Origin: Parcubacteria group bacterium
Lineage (GTDB): Bacteria > Patescibacteriota > Minisyncoccia > Phycocordibacterales > Zambryskibacteraceae
Direction: 5' to 3'
DNA: 59,923 nucleotides
Assembly (NCBI GenBank): GCA_028286465.1
Contig: JAQBRN010000004.1
Coordinates: 1-59,923 of the forward strand
The notes below the pieces were generated by a model. That model did not search any database and had not been told where the DNA came from. It worked only from the letters and a program-made list of their open reading frames with translations. Numbering within the stretch: position 1 is the stretch's first letter; each line of letters starts with the position of its first letter. The translations under genes and the position numbers were made by a program. This document shows positions 16,914-27,213 of this stretch, in pieces.

Positions 16914-17633
16914 ATGGAAAAGTCACGCTATGCGGTGAAAACTCCGGTCTTCGAAGGCCCGCTCGACCTCCTTCTCGACCTTGTGGAAAAAAGGAAGCTC
17001 TTCGTCTCGGACGTTTCCCTCGCGCAAGTGACGGACGACTTCATTTCCTATATAGAAACACACGAGGAATTCCCCATAGGAGAATCAGCCGAATTCATCG
17101 TCATAGCGAGCACCTTAATGCTCGTGAAGTCGCGCTCGCTTCTGCCGCAGCTTCAGCTCACTCAAGAAGAGGAAACCTCGATCGAAGATCTCGAGAAGCG
17201 CCTCACGCAGTATAAAAAGGTCAAGGAGCTTTCGCTCGAGCTCGGGAAACTCTTCGGCAAGCGGGTCATCTTCGAGAAGACTCCGTCGAGGAACGAAACG
17301 ATCGTCTTTTCTCCTGACGGGAAGACGACCGCCGATCATCTCCTCTTTTCCTTGCGGCAAGTGCTCGCCTCCATACCGAAGAAGGAAGTGATCCCGAAGG
17401 CTCTTGTGCGAAAGATGATCTCGCTTGAAGAGACCATAGAGAAGCTTTCTGAAAGGATCTCGAAGGGCGCACGGATCAACTTCAAGGACTTCGCCGGGAA
17501 GGACAAGATCTCGATCATCGTCGGCTTCCTCGCCATGCTCGAATTGGTCAAGCGCGGAGCCATTCGCGTGACGCAAGAGGGAAGTACCATAGAAATGGAG
17601 AGCGAGGCCCTGACCACACCGACCTATGCCTAA
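16914..17633 (+). CDS. scpA: segregation and condensation protein A
   Basis: 239 aa; FEGPLDLLLDLVEKRKL... kleisin N-terminus; overlaps scpB start. Confidence 0.9.
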   Translation: MEKSRYAVKTPVFEGPLDLLLDLVEKRKLFVSDVSLAQVTDDFISYIETHEEFPIGESAEFIVIASTLMLVKSRSLLPQLQLTQEEETSIEDLEKRLTQYKKVKELSLELGKLFGKRVIFEKTPSRNETIVFSPDGKTTADHLLFSLRQVLASIPKKEVIPKALVRKMISLEETIEKLSERISKGARINFKDFAGKDKISIIVGFLAMLELVKRGAIRVTQEGSTIEMESEALTTPTYA

Positions 17634-18189
17634 CGACGCACTGCACAGGAAGATCGAGGCGATACTCCTCTTTAAGAACGAGCCGGTCGCTCTTAAGGAG
17701 CTTTCGAAAACATTGAACGTTCCCCTCGAGGAGATCCGGGCGGCCCTTCAAGAGCTTCAGACCTTTTATAAGGATCGCGGCATAGTGCTTGTTTCGACGG
17801 AAGAAGAGGCGAGCTTCGGTACGAATCCGGAACTTTCTTCTCTTATTGAAGAAATGCAAAAGGAAGAATTATCGAGAGACATAGGCCGAGCAGGACTCGA
17901 GACGCTTTCTATCGTCCTTTACAAGGGCCCGGTCTCACGGCGCGAGATCGATTACATTCGCGGAGTCAATTCGGGCTTTATCCTACGCAATCTCCTGATC
18001 CGGGGCCTCGTCGAACGGGCCGAGTCAGAGACAGGCGAGCGAAGCTTCTCCTATAAGCCGACCCTCAAGCTTCTCGAGTATCTCGGCGTGCGGAAAAGGG
18101 AAGATCTGCCCGAATTCGCCACGGCCTTGAAATCGCTCGAAGAATTCGCCGCCACGGAACAGGAATCGCATATACGGAATGAAGAATAA
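17626..18189 (+). CDS. scpB: segregation and condensation protein B
   Basis: 187 aa; IEAILLFKNEPV...L, winged-helix repeats, GRAGLETLSIVLYKGPVSRREID. Confidence 0.9.
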   Translation: MPNDALHRKIEAILLFKNEPVALKELSKTLNVPLEEIRAALQELQTFYKDRGIVLVSTEEEASFGTNPELSSLIEEMQKEELSRDIGRAGLETLSIVLYKGPVSRREIDYIRGVNSGFILRNLLIRGLVERAESETGERSFSYKPTLKLLEYLGVRKREDLPEFATALKSLEEFAATEQESHIRNEE

Positions 18190-19138
18190 TACTACATTTA
18201 TCCATAGCGGCGAACTCAAGCTCTTTCTCGCATTGGCAACGGTGCTTGTGGCACTTTTGATCCTGACTCTCGCTTCCGAAGGCGGCGTCGGGAAGGATCT
18301 TACCCCCGCTGTCCAAGCGGTCGTCAATCCATTCGACGGACTCACCATAAGCGCCAAGGCGGCGTATGTCTACGACATCCGCACGAAGACCGTCCTCTAT
18401 GCCAAGAGCGAAAACGAGCGTCTGCCCTTGGCGTCTTTGACGAAGGTTATGAGCGCGCTTGTCGCCGTTGATTCCGCCGACGCAGACACCATCGTCACCA
18501 TCTCTCCCGAAGCTCTGAAGACCGACGGCGACAGCGGACTCCTCGGCGGAGAGCGCTGGAAATTGAAGGATCTTCTCGACTTCTCCCTGACGAGCTCATC
18601 GAACGACGGTATCCGGGCCATTGGGCTTGCCATCGGAACCAAGGAATCCGGATCGACCGATACGAGCGTTGCTGAAGCGGCTTTCATTCACTCGATGAAT
18701 GCCAAGGCAGACGAGCTTCAAATGAAGAACACCTACTACTTCAACGAAACAGGACTCGATGAATCGACGGTCAAGGGCGGAGCCTACGGCAGTGCGAGCG
18801 ACATGGCGAAGCTTTTCGAATACATCCTTTCGACCCATCCGGAACTCCTCGAGGCGACCCAGGAAGAGAAATTCAGCGTGAGCTCCCTCGACCAGGTTCA
18901 TACGGCCAAGAATACCGACGTCTTGGCGAATGTCATCCCCGGACTCATCGCTTCAAAGACCGGCTACACCGACATCGCAGGGGGCAATCTCGTCATAGCC
19001 TTCGACCCCGAACTCGACCGCCCGGTCATCGTCAGCGTTCTCGGTTCGACCGAAAGCGGCCGCTTCGCCGATATGGCCACACTCGTGACGAAGACCCTCG
19101 AGGCACTTTCTGCTGATGACCGAACGGCCGGAAAGTAG
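18179..19138 (+). CDS. D-alanyl-D-alanine carboxypeptidase (serine-type, S11-like)
   Basis: 319 aa; N-terminal TM, SxxK (ASLTKVM), SxN (SSSNDG), KTG (KTGYT). Confidence 0.85.
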   Translation: MKNNTTFIHSGELKLFLALATVLVALLILTLASEGGVGKDLTPAVQAVVNPFDGLTISAKAAYVYDIRTKTVLYAKSENERLPLASLTKVMSALVAVDSADADTIVTISPEALKTDGDSGLLGGERWKLKDLLDFSLTSSSNDGIRAIGLAIGTKESGSTDTSVAEAAFIHSMNAKADELQMKNTYYFNETGLDESTVKGGAYGSASDMAKLFEYILSTHPELLEATQEEKFSVSSLDQVHTAKNTDVLANVIPGLIASKTGYTDIAGGNLVIAFDPELDRPVIVSVLGSTESGRFADMATLVTKTLEALSADDRTAGK

Positions 19139-19150
19139 TACACTCTCATC

Positions 19151-20230
19151 ATGATCATCGCCGACGTCGTCAAAGTTTTCATACCGCCGATCCTCTCCTT
19201 CGTCGTCGGACTTGGTATCACCGTCCCGATCACTCATTATCTTTACAAGTACAAGCTCTGGAAGAAATCGAGCATCAAGAAGACCATGGATGGAAAGGAA
19301 GCCCCCATTACGGCAAGCCTTCATGGAGATGCGAACCGCCACACCCCGAACATGGGCGGCACCATCGTCTGGATCTCGACCATTATCGTCACACTCGGCA
19401 TCTGGCTCTTGTCGAAGACGGGGCTTTCCATTTTCGAGAAACTCGACTTTACATCTCGATCCCAAACATGGATTCCGCTCTTCACTCTGGTGATGGGCGG
19501 AGTCGTCGGTCTCGTCGACGACTTCCTGACCACGCGCGAAGCTCCTACGGGAGCGGGGTATATCGGCGGGGGATTATCTCTCGGGAAGCGCCTGTCGGCG
19601 GTCGCCGTACTCGGACTCTTCTCTGCGTGGTGGTTTTATAACAAGCTCGGTATCCACGCGCTCGGCTTGCCAGGCGGACACTCCCTTGAACTCGGCATCC
19701 TTTTCGTCCCGCTATTCATCATTATCGTCATAGGCATCTACTCGGGTTCCGTCATCGACGGCATCGACGGACTCTCGGGCGGGCTCTTCGCCGCCATGTT
19801 CAGCGCTTATGCGGGCATTGCCTTCTATCAGCAGCAGATCAATCTCGCCGCCTTTTGTGCGGTCGTGGTCGGAGGCATCCTGGCCTTTCTCTGGTTCAAT
19901 ATCCCGCCCGCACGCTTCTATATGTCGGAAACGGGCATGATGGGACTCACCATCACTCTTGCCGTCGTCGCCTTCATGACGGACAATATCGCGCATAGCT
20001 ACGGAGTGCTCGTTCTCCCGATCATCGCCTTGCCGCTCATCGTCACGACCGCTTCGAACATCATTCAACTATCTTCGAAGCGCTTGAGGGGAGGGAAGAA
20101 GGTCTTCCTCGTGGCGCCGCTTCACAACCACTTCCAGGCTGCCGGCTGGCCGTCGTATAAAGTGACCATGCGCTACTGGGTGGCGGGCGTCATCTTCGCC
20201 ATCCTCGGATTCGTCTTAGCACTTCTCTAA
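19151..20230 (+). CDS. mraY: phospho-N-acetylmuramoyl-pentapeptide transferase
   Basis: 359 aa, polytopic; NMGGT, VGLVDDF, DGIDGLSGG, PLHNHF motifs. Confidence 0.95.
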   Translation: MIIADVVKVFIPPILSFVVGLGITVPITHYLYKYKLWKKSSIKKTMDGKEAPITASLHGDANRHTPNMGGTIVWISTIIVTLGIWLLSKTGLSIFEKLDFTSRSQTWIPLFTLVMGGVVGLVDDFLTTREAPTGAGYIGGGLSLGKRLSAVAVLGLFSAWWFYNKLGIHALGLPGGHSLELGILFVPLFIIIVIGIYSGSVIDGIDGLSGGLFAAMFSAYAGIAFYQQQINLAAFCAVVVGGILAFLWFNIPPARFYMSETGMMGLTITLAVVAFMTDNIAHSYGVLVLPIIALPLIVTTASNIIQLSSKRLRGGKKVFLVAPLHNHFQAAGWPSYKVTMRYWVAGVIFAILGFVLALL

Positions 20231-20254
20231 GTTCCTCTGCTATAATTCGGAGAA

Positions 20255-21361
20255 ATGGCATCTTCGAAAGCGACAGTCGACAAACCCTTTCTCGTCTCGA
20301 CCCTCATTCTCGTCGTGGCGGGCTTTTTTATTTTCTCGAGCGCTTCGCTCGGACTCTTGGCCAGGAGCGGAGCCGACTTTTCCTCCGTTACCTTCTCTCA
20401 AACGGTGCTCGGGCTCTTCCTCGGCTCCTTGGCCATGCTTGCTGCTTCGCGTCTCGACTTCAAGCTCTGGAAGAAATACGCATTCTATTTCCTCTGTCTC
20501 GCCGTCGTCTTGAATATCCTCGTCCTCATTCCGCATATCGGTTTCGAACACGGAGGAGCGCGGAGGTGGATCGTCATTGCCGGCGTGTCCTTCCAAACCT
20601 CGGAAGTATTGAAGCTCGCTTTCGTCATTTATTTCGCAGCGTGGGCCGCAGGGGCGAAAACGAAGATGGCCACTTTGAAACAAGGTTTCGTGCCGCTTCT
20701 CGTCCTCTTTGCCGTAACCGGCGCGCTTCTTCTGAAGCAGCCTGACACCGACACCTATCTCATGATCGTCTTCGCAGGGCTTGCCATGTATGTCGTTGCA
20801 GGAGGGAAATGGCGCTACGTCTCCATGCTCATCATCGCAGGGCTTCTCGGCATTGCGGTGCTTGCCGTGACGAGGCCTTACGTGCGGAGCCGCATCGAGA
20901 CGTATATGCATCCGGAGTCGAACGCGCAGAGTTCCTCGTACCAGGCCCAACAGTCGCTCATTGCCATAGGATCGGGCGGAATGTTCGGGCGCGGCTACGG
21001 CCAGAGCGTGCAGAAGTTCAACTTCCTTCCGGAACCGATCGGAGACTCGATCTTTGCCGTCGAAGCCGAAGAGTTCGGCTTCGCCGGAGCGGCGGCGCTC
21101 ATCATCCTCTTCGTCATTTTCTCGACACGGGGGCTGAAAATCGCTTCGAGGGTGACAGATCCCTTCGGTAGACTGACGGTTGTCGGACTTGTTATAATGA
21201 TAACGACCCAGGCATTCGTCAATATCGGCGCCATGCTCGGGGTCCTACCGCTTTCGGGCATCACCTTGCCGTTCGTCTCGCACGGCGGCACATCGCTCTT
21301 CATCACTCTTGTCGAAGTTGGGATCGTACTCAGCATCTCTAAATCACAGAAATTACGCTAG
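20255..21361 (+). CDS. ftsW: SEDS-family peptidoglycan polymerase FtsW/RodA
   Basis: 368 aa, about 10 TM; FQTSEVLKL, PEPIGDSIFAV, LPFVSHGGTS motifs; between mraY and murG. Confidence 0.9.
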   Translation: MASSKATVDKPFLVSTLILVVAGFFIFSSASLGLLARSGADFSSVTFSQTVLGLFLGSLAMLAASRLDFKLWKKYAFYFLCLAVVLNILVLIPHIGFEHGGARRWIVIAGVSFQTSEVLKLAFVIYFAAWAAGAKTKMATLKQGFVPLLVLFAVTGALLLKQPDTDTYLMIVFAGLAMYVVAGGKWRYVSMLIIAGLLGIAVLAVTRPYVRSRIETYMHPESNAQSSSYQAQQSLIAIGSGGMFGRGYGQSVQKFNFLPEPIGDSIFAVEAEEFGFAGAAALIILFVIFSTRGLKIASRVTDPFGRLTVVGLVIMITTQAFVNIGAMLGVLPLSGITLPFVSHGGTSLFITLVEVGIVLSISKSQKLR

Positions 21362-21379
21362 CTCGACAGCACACCACAT

Positions 21380-22510
21380 ATGAGAATCCTATTTACTGGC
21401 GGGGGCACGGGCGGGCACTTTTATCCCATTATTGCCATAGCCGAAGAGGTGAACTCTCTCGTCAAGGAGAAACGCCTCCTCGCTCCCGAGCTCTACTATA
21501 TGTCCCCGACGCCATATAACGAGGGCGTTCTTTTCGAACACGACATCATCTACAAGAAGAATTCGGCAGGGAAGCTCCGCAGATACTTCTCCGTTCTCAA
21601 TTTCTTCGATCTCTTCCGTACGGCCTGGGGAGTATTCGTCTCCGTCGTCCAGGTATGGAGGCTCTATCCCGACGTCGTCTTCGGCAAGGGCGGGTACGCG
21701 AGCTTCCCGGCGCTTCTTGCGGCCCGAATTCTCCGCATCCCGGTCGTCATCCACGAATCCGACACCGTACCGGGTAGGGTCAATGCTTGGGCAGGAAAGT
21801 TCGCCACCCGCATCGCCGTCTCGTATGCCGAAGCTGCCGCCTATTTCCCGAAGGATCGTGTCGCCTTAACCGGACAACCGGTACGAAGAGACATCGCCGC
21901 TCCCATTTCGGACGGCGCTCGCGAATATTTGAAGCTCGAACCGAACCTTCCCGTCATTCTTATCCTCGGTGGTTCGCAAGGGTCTGGGATCATCAACGAT
22001 ATCGTCATCGAAGGTTTGAACGAACTCGTTGAAAAGTACGAAATCATCCATCAGGTCGGCGAGAAGAATATCGCCGAAGTGGAATCGACCTCGCGCGCTG
22101 TCCTCGCCAGCTCGACTCATAAGGACAGATACAAGCCCTTCGACTATCTGAATGCTCTTGCCATGCGCATGGCGGCTGGCGTCGCCTCGGTCGTCGTCTC
22201 GCGTGCCGGATCGACCATCTTCGAAATAGCAAGCTGGGACGTGCCGTCGATCATCGTTCCGATAAGCGAGAAGGTAAGCCACGACCAGCGCTCGAATGCC
22301 TTCGCGTACGCCAGAGCCGGCGCCGGAGAGGTGATCGAGGAAGAAAATCTTACCTCGCATGTGCTTTCCGCGGAGATCGAACGCCTCGTGACGAACCAGG
22401 GCGCGCGCGAAGCCATGAAGACCGCCGCGAAAGCCTTCTACAAGCCCGATGCCGCAAAGCTCGTGGCGGAAGAGATAGTGAAGATCGCCTTAAGCCACGA
22501 AATAGACTAA
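21380..22510 (+). CDS. murG: undecaprenyl-PP-MurNAc-pentapeptide GlcNAc transferase
   Basis: 376 aa; GGGTGGHFYP N-terminus, GGSQGS, SRAGSTIFE motifs. Confidence 0.95.
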   Translation: MRILFTGGGTGGHFYPIIAIAEEVNSLVKEKRLLAPELYYMSPTPYNEGVLFEHDIIYKKNSAGKLRRYFSVLNFFDLFRTAWGVFVSVVQVWRLYPDVVFGKGGYASFPALLAARILRIPVVIHESDTVPGRVNAWAGKFATRIAVSYAEAAAYFPKDRVALTGQPVRRDIAAPISDGAREYLKLEPNLPVILILGGSQGSGIINDIVIEGLNELVEKYEIIHQVGEKNIAEVESTSRAVLASSTHKDRYKPFDYLNALAMRMAAGVASVVVSRAGSTIFEIASWDVPSIIVPISEKVSHDQRSNAFAYARAGAGEVIEEENLTSHVLSAEIERLVTNQGAREAMKTAAKAFYKPDAAKLVAEEIVKIALSHEID

Positions 22511-23700
22511 TGAACGAACATACAAACAACATCGTCGTTCGCATGGCGCCGTCTCCGACGGGCAATTTGCATATCGGCACCGCACGGGCCACTCTTTTTA
22601 ATTATCTGTTTGCCAAAAAGTACGGAGGCAAGTTTATCCTGCGAAGCGAGGATACGGATAAGGAGCGTTCTAAAAAAGAATATGAAGATAATATCCTTGC
22701 GGGACTCACCTGGCTCGGTCTCACTTGGGATGAATTTTATCGGCAATCGGACCGTACGGAGATCTATGTCTCCTATGTGAAGAAGATGCTCGAGAGCGGC
22801 AGCGCCTATATTTCCAAAGAAGAGCCTAAGGAACCAGGACAGAGAACCGAAGTAGTGCGCTTCAAGAATCCGAACAAGAAGATCGCCTTCGATGATCTCA
22901 TTCGCGGTACGGTCGAATTCGACACCACCGAGCTCGGAGATTTCATTATTGCAAGAAGCCCGGAGGAGCCTCTGTATCACCTCGCCGTTGTCGTCGATGA
23001 TTTCGAAATGAAGGTCACCCATGTCATGCGCGGCGAAGATCATATTTCGAATACTCCGCGCCAGATCCTTATTCAGGAAGCCATCGGCGCGCCACGGCCC
23101 GTCTATGCGCACCTTCCGCTGATCTTCGATGCCGAGCATAAGAAGCTCTCGAAAAGAAAGCACGGTGCGATGGTCTGGATCGACACGTATAAAGAAGAAG
23201 GGTATCTTCCCGATGCGCTCCTGAACTTTTTCGCATTCATGGGATGGAATCCGGGCACCGAGAGGGAAATATTCACCCTTCCGGAACTCGTCGAAGCCTT
23301 CACTATCGAAAGAGTGCAGAAGGGCGCGGCAGTCTTCAATATCGAGAAGCTCAAGTGGTTCCAGAAGAAGCACATCGAGCTCTTGCCCGCTGAAGAACAA
23401 CTGAAATTCATCGCCAAGGACTTCGACATGAGCGAACCCGTACTCGACAAGGAAAAGATCGCCTGGAAGCAATCGACCCCGGAAGAGGCAAGGAAAAATC
23501 TCGAGACAGTGCTTCCGATGATCGACGACGAAGCAATGATCATGGCGTATGCGGAGGAAGCGGGGAAGGGGAACGTGCTGTGGCCTTTGCGCTACGCTCT
23601 TTCGGGCAAGGAAAAGTCACCCGACCCGTTTACCCTCATGAAGATTCTCGGCAAAGAAGAATCGGCAAAACGTATCCAACGAGCACTAGAACTTTTATGA
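22510..23700 (+). CDS. gltX: glutamate--tRNA ligase (short form, 396 aa)
   Basis: RMAPSPTGNLHIGTARA (HIGH), KLSKR (KMSKS), C-terminal LRYALSGKEKSPDPF...LGKEE; start overlaps murG stop. Confidence 0.92.
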   Translation: MNEHTNNIVVRMAPSPTGNLHIGTARATLFNYLFAKKYGGKFILRSEDTDKERSKKEYEDNILAGLTWLGLTWDEFYRQSDRTEIYVSYVKKMLESGSAYISKEEPKEPGQRTEVVRFKNPNKKIAFDDLIRGTVEFDTTELGDFIIARSPEEPLYHLAVVVDDFEMKVTHVMRGEDHISNTPRQILIQEAIGAPRPVYAHLPLIFDAEHKKLSKRKHGAMVWIDTYKEEGYLPDALLNFFAFMGWNPGTEREIFTLPELVEAFTIERVQKGAAVFNIEKLKWFQKKHIELLPAEEQLKFIAKDFDMSEPVLDKEKIAWKQSTPEEARKNLETVLPMIDDEAMIMAYAEEAGKGNVLWPLRYALSGKEKSPDPFTLMKILGKEESAKRIQRALELL

Positions 23701-24980
23701 AGCAAGCCCTCGCAGTCCTTATAGCTTTTTGCATTGTCACGACGACGCTGCCCTTGGTAGTGGGGGCGCAGGCGACAGATGTGCAATCTCAGATCGACAC
23801 CATTCAAAAACAACGCGACCAGCTCCTCGCTGAACAGAAGACCCTTCAATCCCAACTCGATGCTCTAGGACAGCAATCATCGACACTGACGGGCAACATC
23901 AAGACGCTTGATGCCACGAGGACGAAACTTTTAAACGATTTAAAAATCACGCAAAACGGCATCGCCGCGACCGGTCTCCAGATCGACAAGCTCACGCAGA
24001 ACATCAGCCAGAATCAAAGCGAGATCCAAAGGCATGAGGATGCCATCACTTCGGCACTGAAAGAACTTTCGGCCTACGATAACCACACGGTAGTCTACGA
24101 TCTTTTAACCTACTCGAACATTTCGGACGTTTGGACCGACACGGCGAATCTCTCTTCCATTCAAGATAAGCTGCAGGGTGAGATAGCCTCGCTCAAGAAC
24201 ACGACCGATGCACTCGCGAAGAACAAGGCGAGCGCCGAGGCTCAGAAACAATCTCTGGCGAGTCTTCAGACACAACTCTCAGGACAGAAGAAGGTCGTCG
24301 AGAATACCCAAAGTGCCAAGCAGAAACTTCTGACCGATACGAAGAATCAGGAAGCCGCATACCAGAAACTTCTCGCGCAAAATATCGCCCAAGAGAAAGC
24401 CTTCGAAGCGCAGCTCTTCCTTTATGAGTCTCAATTGAAAGCTGCAAGTCCGACGAGCGCGCCGAGCGCCGAGCACAGCATTCTCTCGTGGCCGCTTAAG
24501 AAGATTACCGTCACTCAGCAATTCGGCAAAACATCGTCTTCGGGTAGATTGTATGCATCCGGCACGCACAACGGTGTCGACTTCGGTACGCCGGTCGGTA
24601 CGCCGGTCATGGCAGTGAGAAGCGGCGTCATCAAGGCTCAGGGGAATACCGACTTGCAGCCTGGATGCTACTCGTATGGCAGATGGATTCTTGTCGAACA
24701 TGATAACGGCCTCTCGACTATCTACGGACATCTTTCGGCGACGCTCGTCTCAACGGGGCAGGCGGTAACAACCGGGGAAGTCATCGGCTATTCGGGCGGG
24801 CAGCCCGGAGCGGACGGCGCCGGATATTCGACCGGTCCGCACCTTCACCTCGGTCTGTATGTGACGGCAGGCGTCACGGTACAGCGCTACTCGACTTCGA
24901 TCGGATGCAAGAACGTCTCCATCCCGATTGCGAACCCGACGGACTATCTCGATCCACTCGCATACTTGCCCAGGCTTTAG
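23697..24980 (+). CDS. M23-family metallopeptidase with N-terminal coiled coil (EnvC-like architecture)
   Basis: 427 aa from ATG overlapping gltX stop; signal peptide MKQALAVLIAFCIVTTTLPLVVGAQA, long Q/L-rich coiled coil, catalytic HNGVDF and GPHLH motifs intact. Confidence 0.85.
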   Translation: MKQALAVLIAFCIVTTTLPLVVGAQATDVQSQIDTIQKQRDQLLAEQKTLQSQLDALGQQSSTLTGNIKTLDATRTKLLNDLKITQNGIAATGLQIDKLTQNISQNQSEIQRHEDAITSALKELSAYDNHTVVYDLLTYSNISDVWTDTANLSSIQDKLQGEIASLKNTTDALAKNKASAEAQKQSLASLQTQLSGQKKVVENTQSAKQKLLTDTKNQEAAYQKLLAQNIAQEKAFEAQLFLYESQLKAASPTSAPSAEHSILSWPLKKITVTQQFGKTSSSGRLYASGTHNGVDFGTPVGTPVMAVRSGVIKAQGNTDLQPGCYSYGRWILVEHDNGLSTIYGHLSATLVSTGQAVTTGEVIGYSGGQPGADGAGYSTGPHLHLGLYVTAGVTVQRYSTSIGCKNVSIPIANPTDYLDPLAYLPRL

Positions 24981-25021
24981 TTATCCCTTGCACGACGGAG
25001 CACAAGCTCTACAATTGGTAT

Positions 25022-25324
25022 ATGAGATCAGTCAATAGGGAACAAGGCTTCGTCGGTATCATCATCCTTGTCATCGTCGGACTGGCACTCCTTAAGTACT
25101 TCATCAATTTCGATATCTTCGCCGCTGCGGATTCGACACAAGGACAGCAGACGATCGGCTACACCGGACAGATCCTCCGTACTGTTTGGAGCTATATTTC
25201 GACCCCCGTCACCTTCGTCTGGAGCCAGGTGACAGTACCGCTCCTCTCCCTTTTCTGGAGCACGTTCCAGTCCTTCATCCACTGGAGCCAGACAGGCGCC
25301 GGACCCTCGAATTCCATCTTTTAG
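25022..25324 (+). CDS. hypothetical membrane protein
   Basis: 100 aa from ATG 6 nt after TACAAT; TM helix FVGIIILVIVGLALL. Confidence 0.5.
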   Translation: MRSVNREQGFVGIIILVIVGLALLKYFINFDIFAAADSTQGQQTIGYTGQILRTVWSYISTPVTFVWSQVTVPLLSLFWSTFQSFIHWSQTGAGPSNSIF

Positions 25325-25535
25325 TATGATAGGTTAAGGGCCTTATGAAAGCCTTTAAAAGGGTCCTATTCTTCGCTTTATTGCCCGTCTACGGGCCTTT
25401 ATATGCCTTTATGCACCTTACCTTCAAATGGTGGGAAGGGCTCCTGGAATAGGCGTATAAGCCACGGACGAGCTTAAAATGGCCCTATATATGGATCTCT
25501 GTTAAGAAACGCCTCCTTCTACCGTCTGTACAAGT

Positions 25536-26150
25536 ATGGACAACAAGCAAAAAGGGGCCGTCTCAGGCATCGCATTAACTCTCATCCTTATCGTCATCGT
25601 GGCCATAACGGGTATCGGATACTGGTGGTACCAATCGGCTGATGTCACCGACTCGACCGTGGCAACGACCGCCACGTCGACGACAAGCTACACCTACGTC
25701 ATCGGTTCGAGCACTCCTGCCGTTCCGAACACCGGTTCGACAGTGGTAAAAACCATTACCACATACAAGAGGGTCGCCGTAGCAGCTGCGGCATCAGGCA
25801 TCTCGGGTACGACCTACCACAATGGCACGTACGGTCTCACCATTGGTCTTCCCTCATCCTTCGCGGGATTCAGAACCTATGTCACGGCAGGCGGGCCGAA
25901 CGGACTTCCGGGCACGGCCGAGATCCACTTCGTCGCTCCGGGCGAAAGCACGGACGCCTTCGTGGTGAACGTCTTCTCGAAGGCACAATGGAATATCATC
26001 AGAACGAACGAGAACTACGCCCATCTCAATACCTCGAACACCGGAGAAGGGAACTACCTCGGAGAGAACTTCACCTGGATATATTCGGACACCATCTTCT
26101 CCCACCAGGCAGAAGCACAATCCGCACTTGCAGGAGCGGTCTTCTACTAA
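25536..26150 (+). CDS. hypothetical N-terminally anchored protein
   Basis: 204 aa; TM anchor VSGIALTLILIVIVAITGIGYWWY, Thr/Ser-rich linker, beta-rich domain. Confidence 0.55.
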   Translation: MDNKQKGAVSGIALTLILIVIVAITGIGYWWYQSADVTDSTVATTATSTTSYTYVIGSSTPAVPNTGSTVVKTITTYKRVAVAAAASGISGTTYHNGTYGLTIGLPSSFAGFRTYVTAGGPNGLPGTAEIHFVAPGESTDAFVVNVFSKAQWNIIRTNENYAHLNTSNTGEGNYLGENFTWIYSDTIFSHQAEAQSALAGAVFY

Positions 26151-26198
26151 TTCTTTTAAACTCTGACGGACTCATACGCTTCGCACGTCTCAAGAGAG

Positions 26199-26771
26199 AT
26201 GGAACAGTACATTCGTTTTGAAGGATCGATCACTCCCGAGACCACTTCTCGCCTCGTTGCGTCCATCAACCGTATCAAGGAAAGCGGGGCGGAGAAGATC
26301 ACCATCCTTTTCTCTTCCCTCGGCGGCTCGATCTACGACGGCTTCCTCGTGGCCTCGACCATCGAGACCTCGAAGATTCCCATCAGGATCCACGCCACGA
26401 ACCACGTCGACTCCATAGCCAATGTCATCTACCTTTCGGCAGAGGAGCGCACGGCCGAATCTTATGCTAAATTCTACCTTCACGGCGCCTCGACGGGCGT
26501 CATGTCCATGGATGAGCGGATGCTCCTCGACCAACTCTCGAGCCTCCGGACGAACAACCATCGCATCGCGCACTATATCGCCGAACATACGGATATTCCT
26601 CTGGCAAAGGTGCGCGACCTCATGCGAAAGGGCACGACCCTTTCTGCCGACGTGGCGAAGAAGTTCAAGATCATTCATAAGGTCTGCCACCTCGAGGTGA
26701 AGCCCGATCAACCCATGGAAGAAATAATCGTCGTCATACCCTTACGAAGAAATGGAGACCCCAACCCCTGA
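26199..26771 (+). CDS. ClpP/S14-like serine protease family protein
   Basis: 190 aa; ITILFSSLGGSIYDG, candidate Ser (HVDSIANV), His (FYLHGAS) and Asp (VRDLM) spaced as in ClpP; assignment by eye only. Confidence 0.5.
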   Translation: MEQYIRFEGSITPETTSRLVASINRIKESGAEKITILFSSLGGSIYDGFLVASTIETSKIPIRIHATNHVDSIANVIYLSAEERTAESYAKFYLHGASTGVMSMDERMLLDQLSSLRTNNHRIAHYIAEHTDIPLAKVRDLMRKGTTLSADVAKKFKIIHKVCHLEVKPDQPMEEIIVVIPLRRNGDPNP

Positions 26772-26876
26772 TACCAAGAAAAAGAAGAAGGTCCTCTACT
26801 ACAGCCTCTGGCCGGTCTACTTTCTGGCAGCTTTTATATTGAACTCGACGGGGGACTGGTGGACGAAATTGCTTGA

Positions 26877-26904
26877 TTGACAATTTTCTGAAAACTGGTA
26901 TTTT
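26877..26904 (+). promoter_or_regulatory. sigma70-type promoter TTGACA-16-TATTTT
   Basis: Read directly, about 27 nt upstream of ATG 26931 which has an AGGGGGA SD. Confidence 0.6.
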
Positions 26905-26930
26905 ATAGAAGGAATCGCACAGGGGGAAGC

Positions 26931-27137
26931 ATGCAAATGGCCAAAGTGATCAAGTGCGCGGCTTCCGAACACGGAAGCGACAAAGGGAATTGCATCTGCG
27001 ACCTCATCGGGCAGACAGTATCCCTCGAACCAGGCCGTGAGATCGAGGTGTACGATCACAAGTTCATCCTCTATCATATCGCCGATTCAGACAAGATCGT
27101 CCAAGCAGACGAACTCTTAATTCTCAACGCCGCCTAG
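26931..27137 (+). CDS. hypothetical small protein
   Basis: 68 aa with own promoter, SD and gccgc..gcggc+TTTTT terminator; 4 Cys in the N-terminal half. Confidence 0.5.
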   Translation: MQMAKVIKCAASEHGSDKGNCICDLIGQTVSLEPGREIEVYDHKFILYHIADSDKIVQADELLILNAA

Positions 27138-27213
27138 ATACTAGTGCGGCTTTTTGTTGCTTAATTCAGGAAAAATGGTACAGTGTTTTTAGAACCCGCA
27201 CCATAAGGAGATT

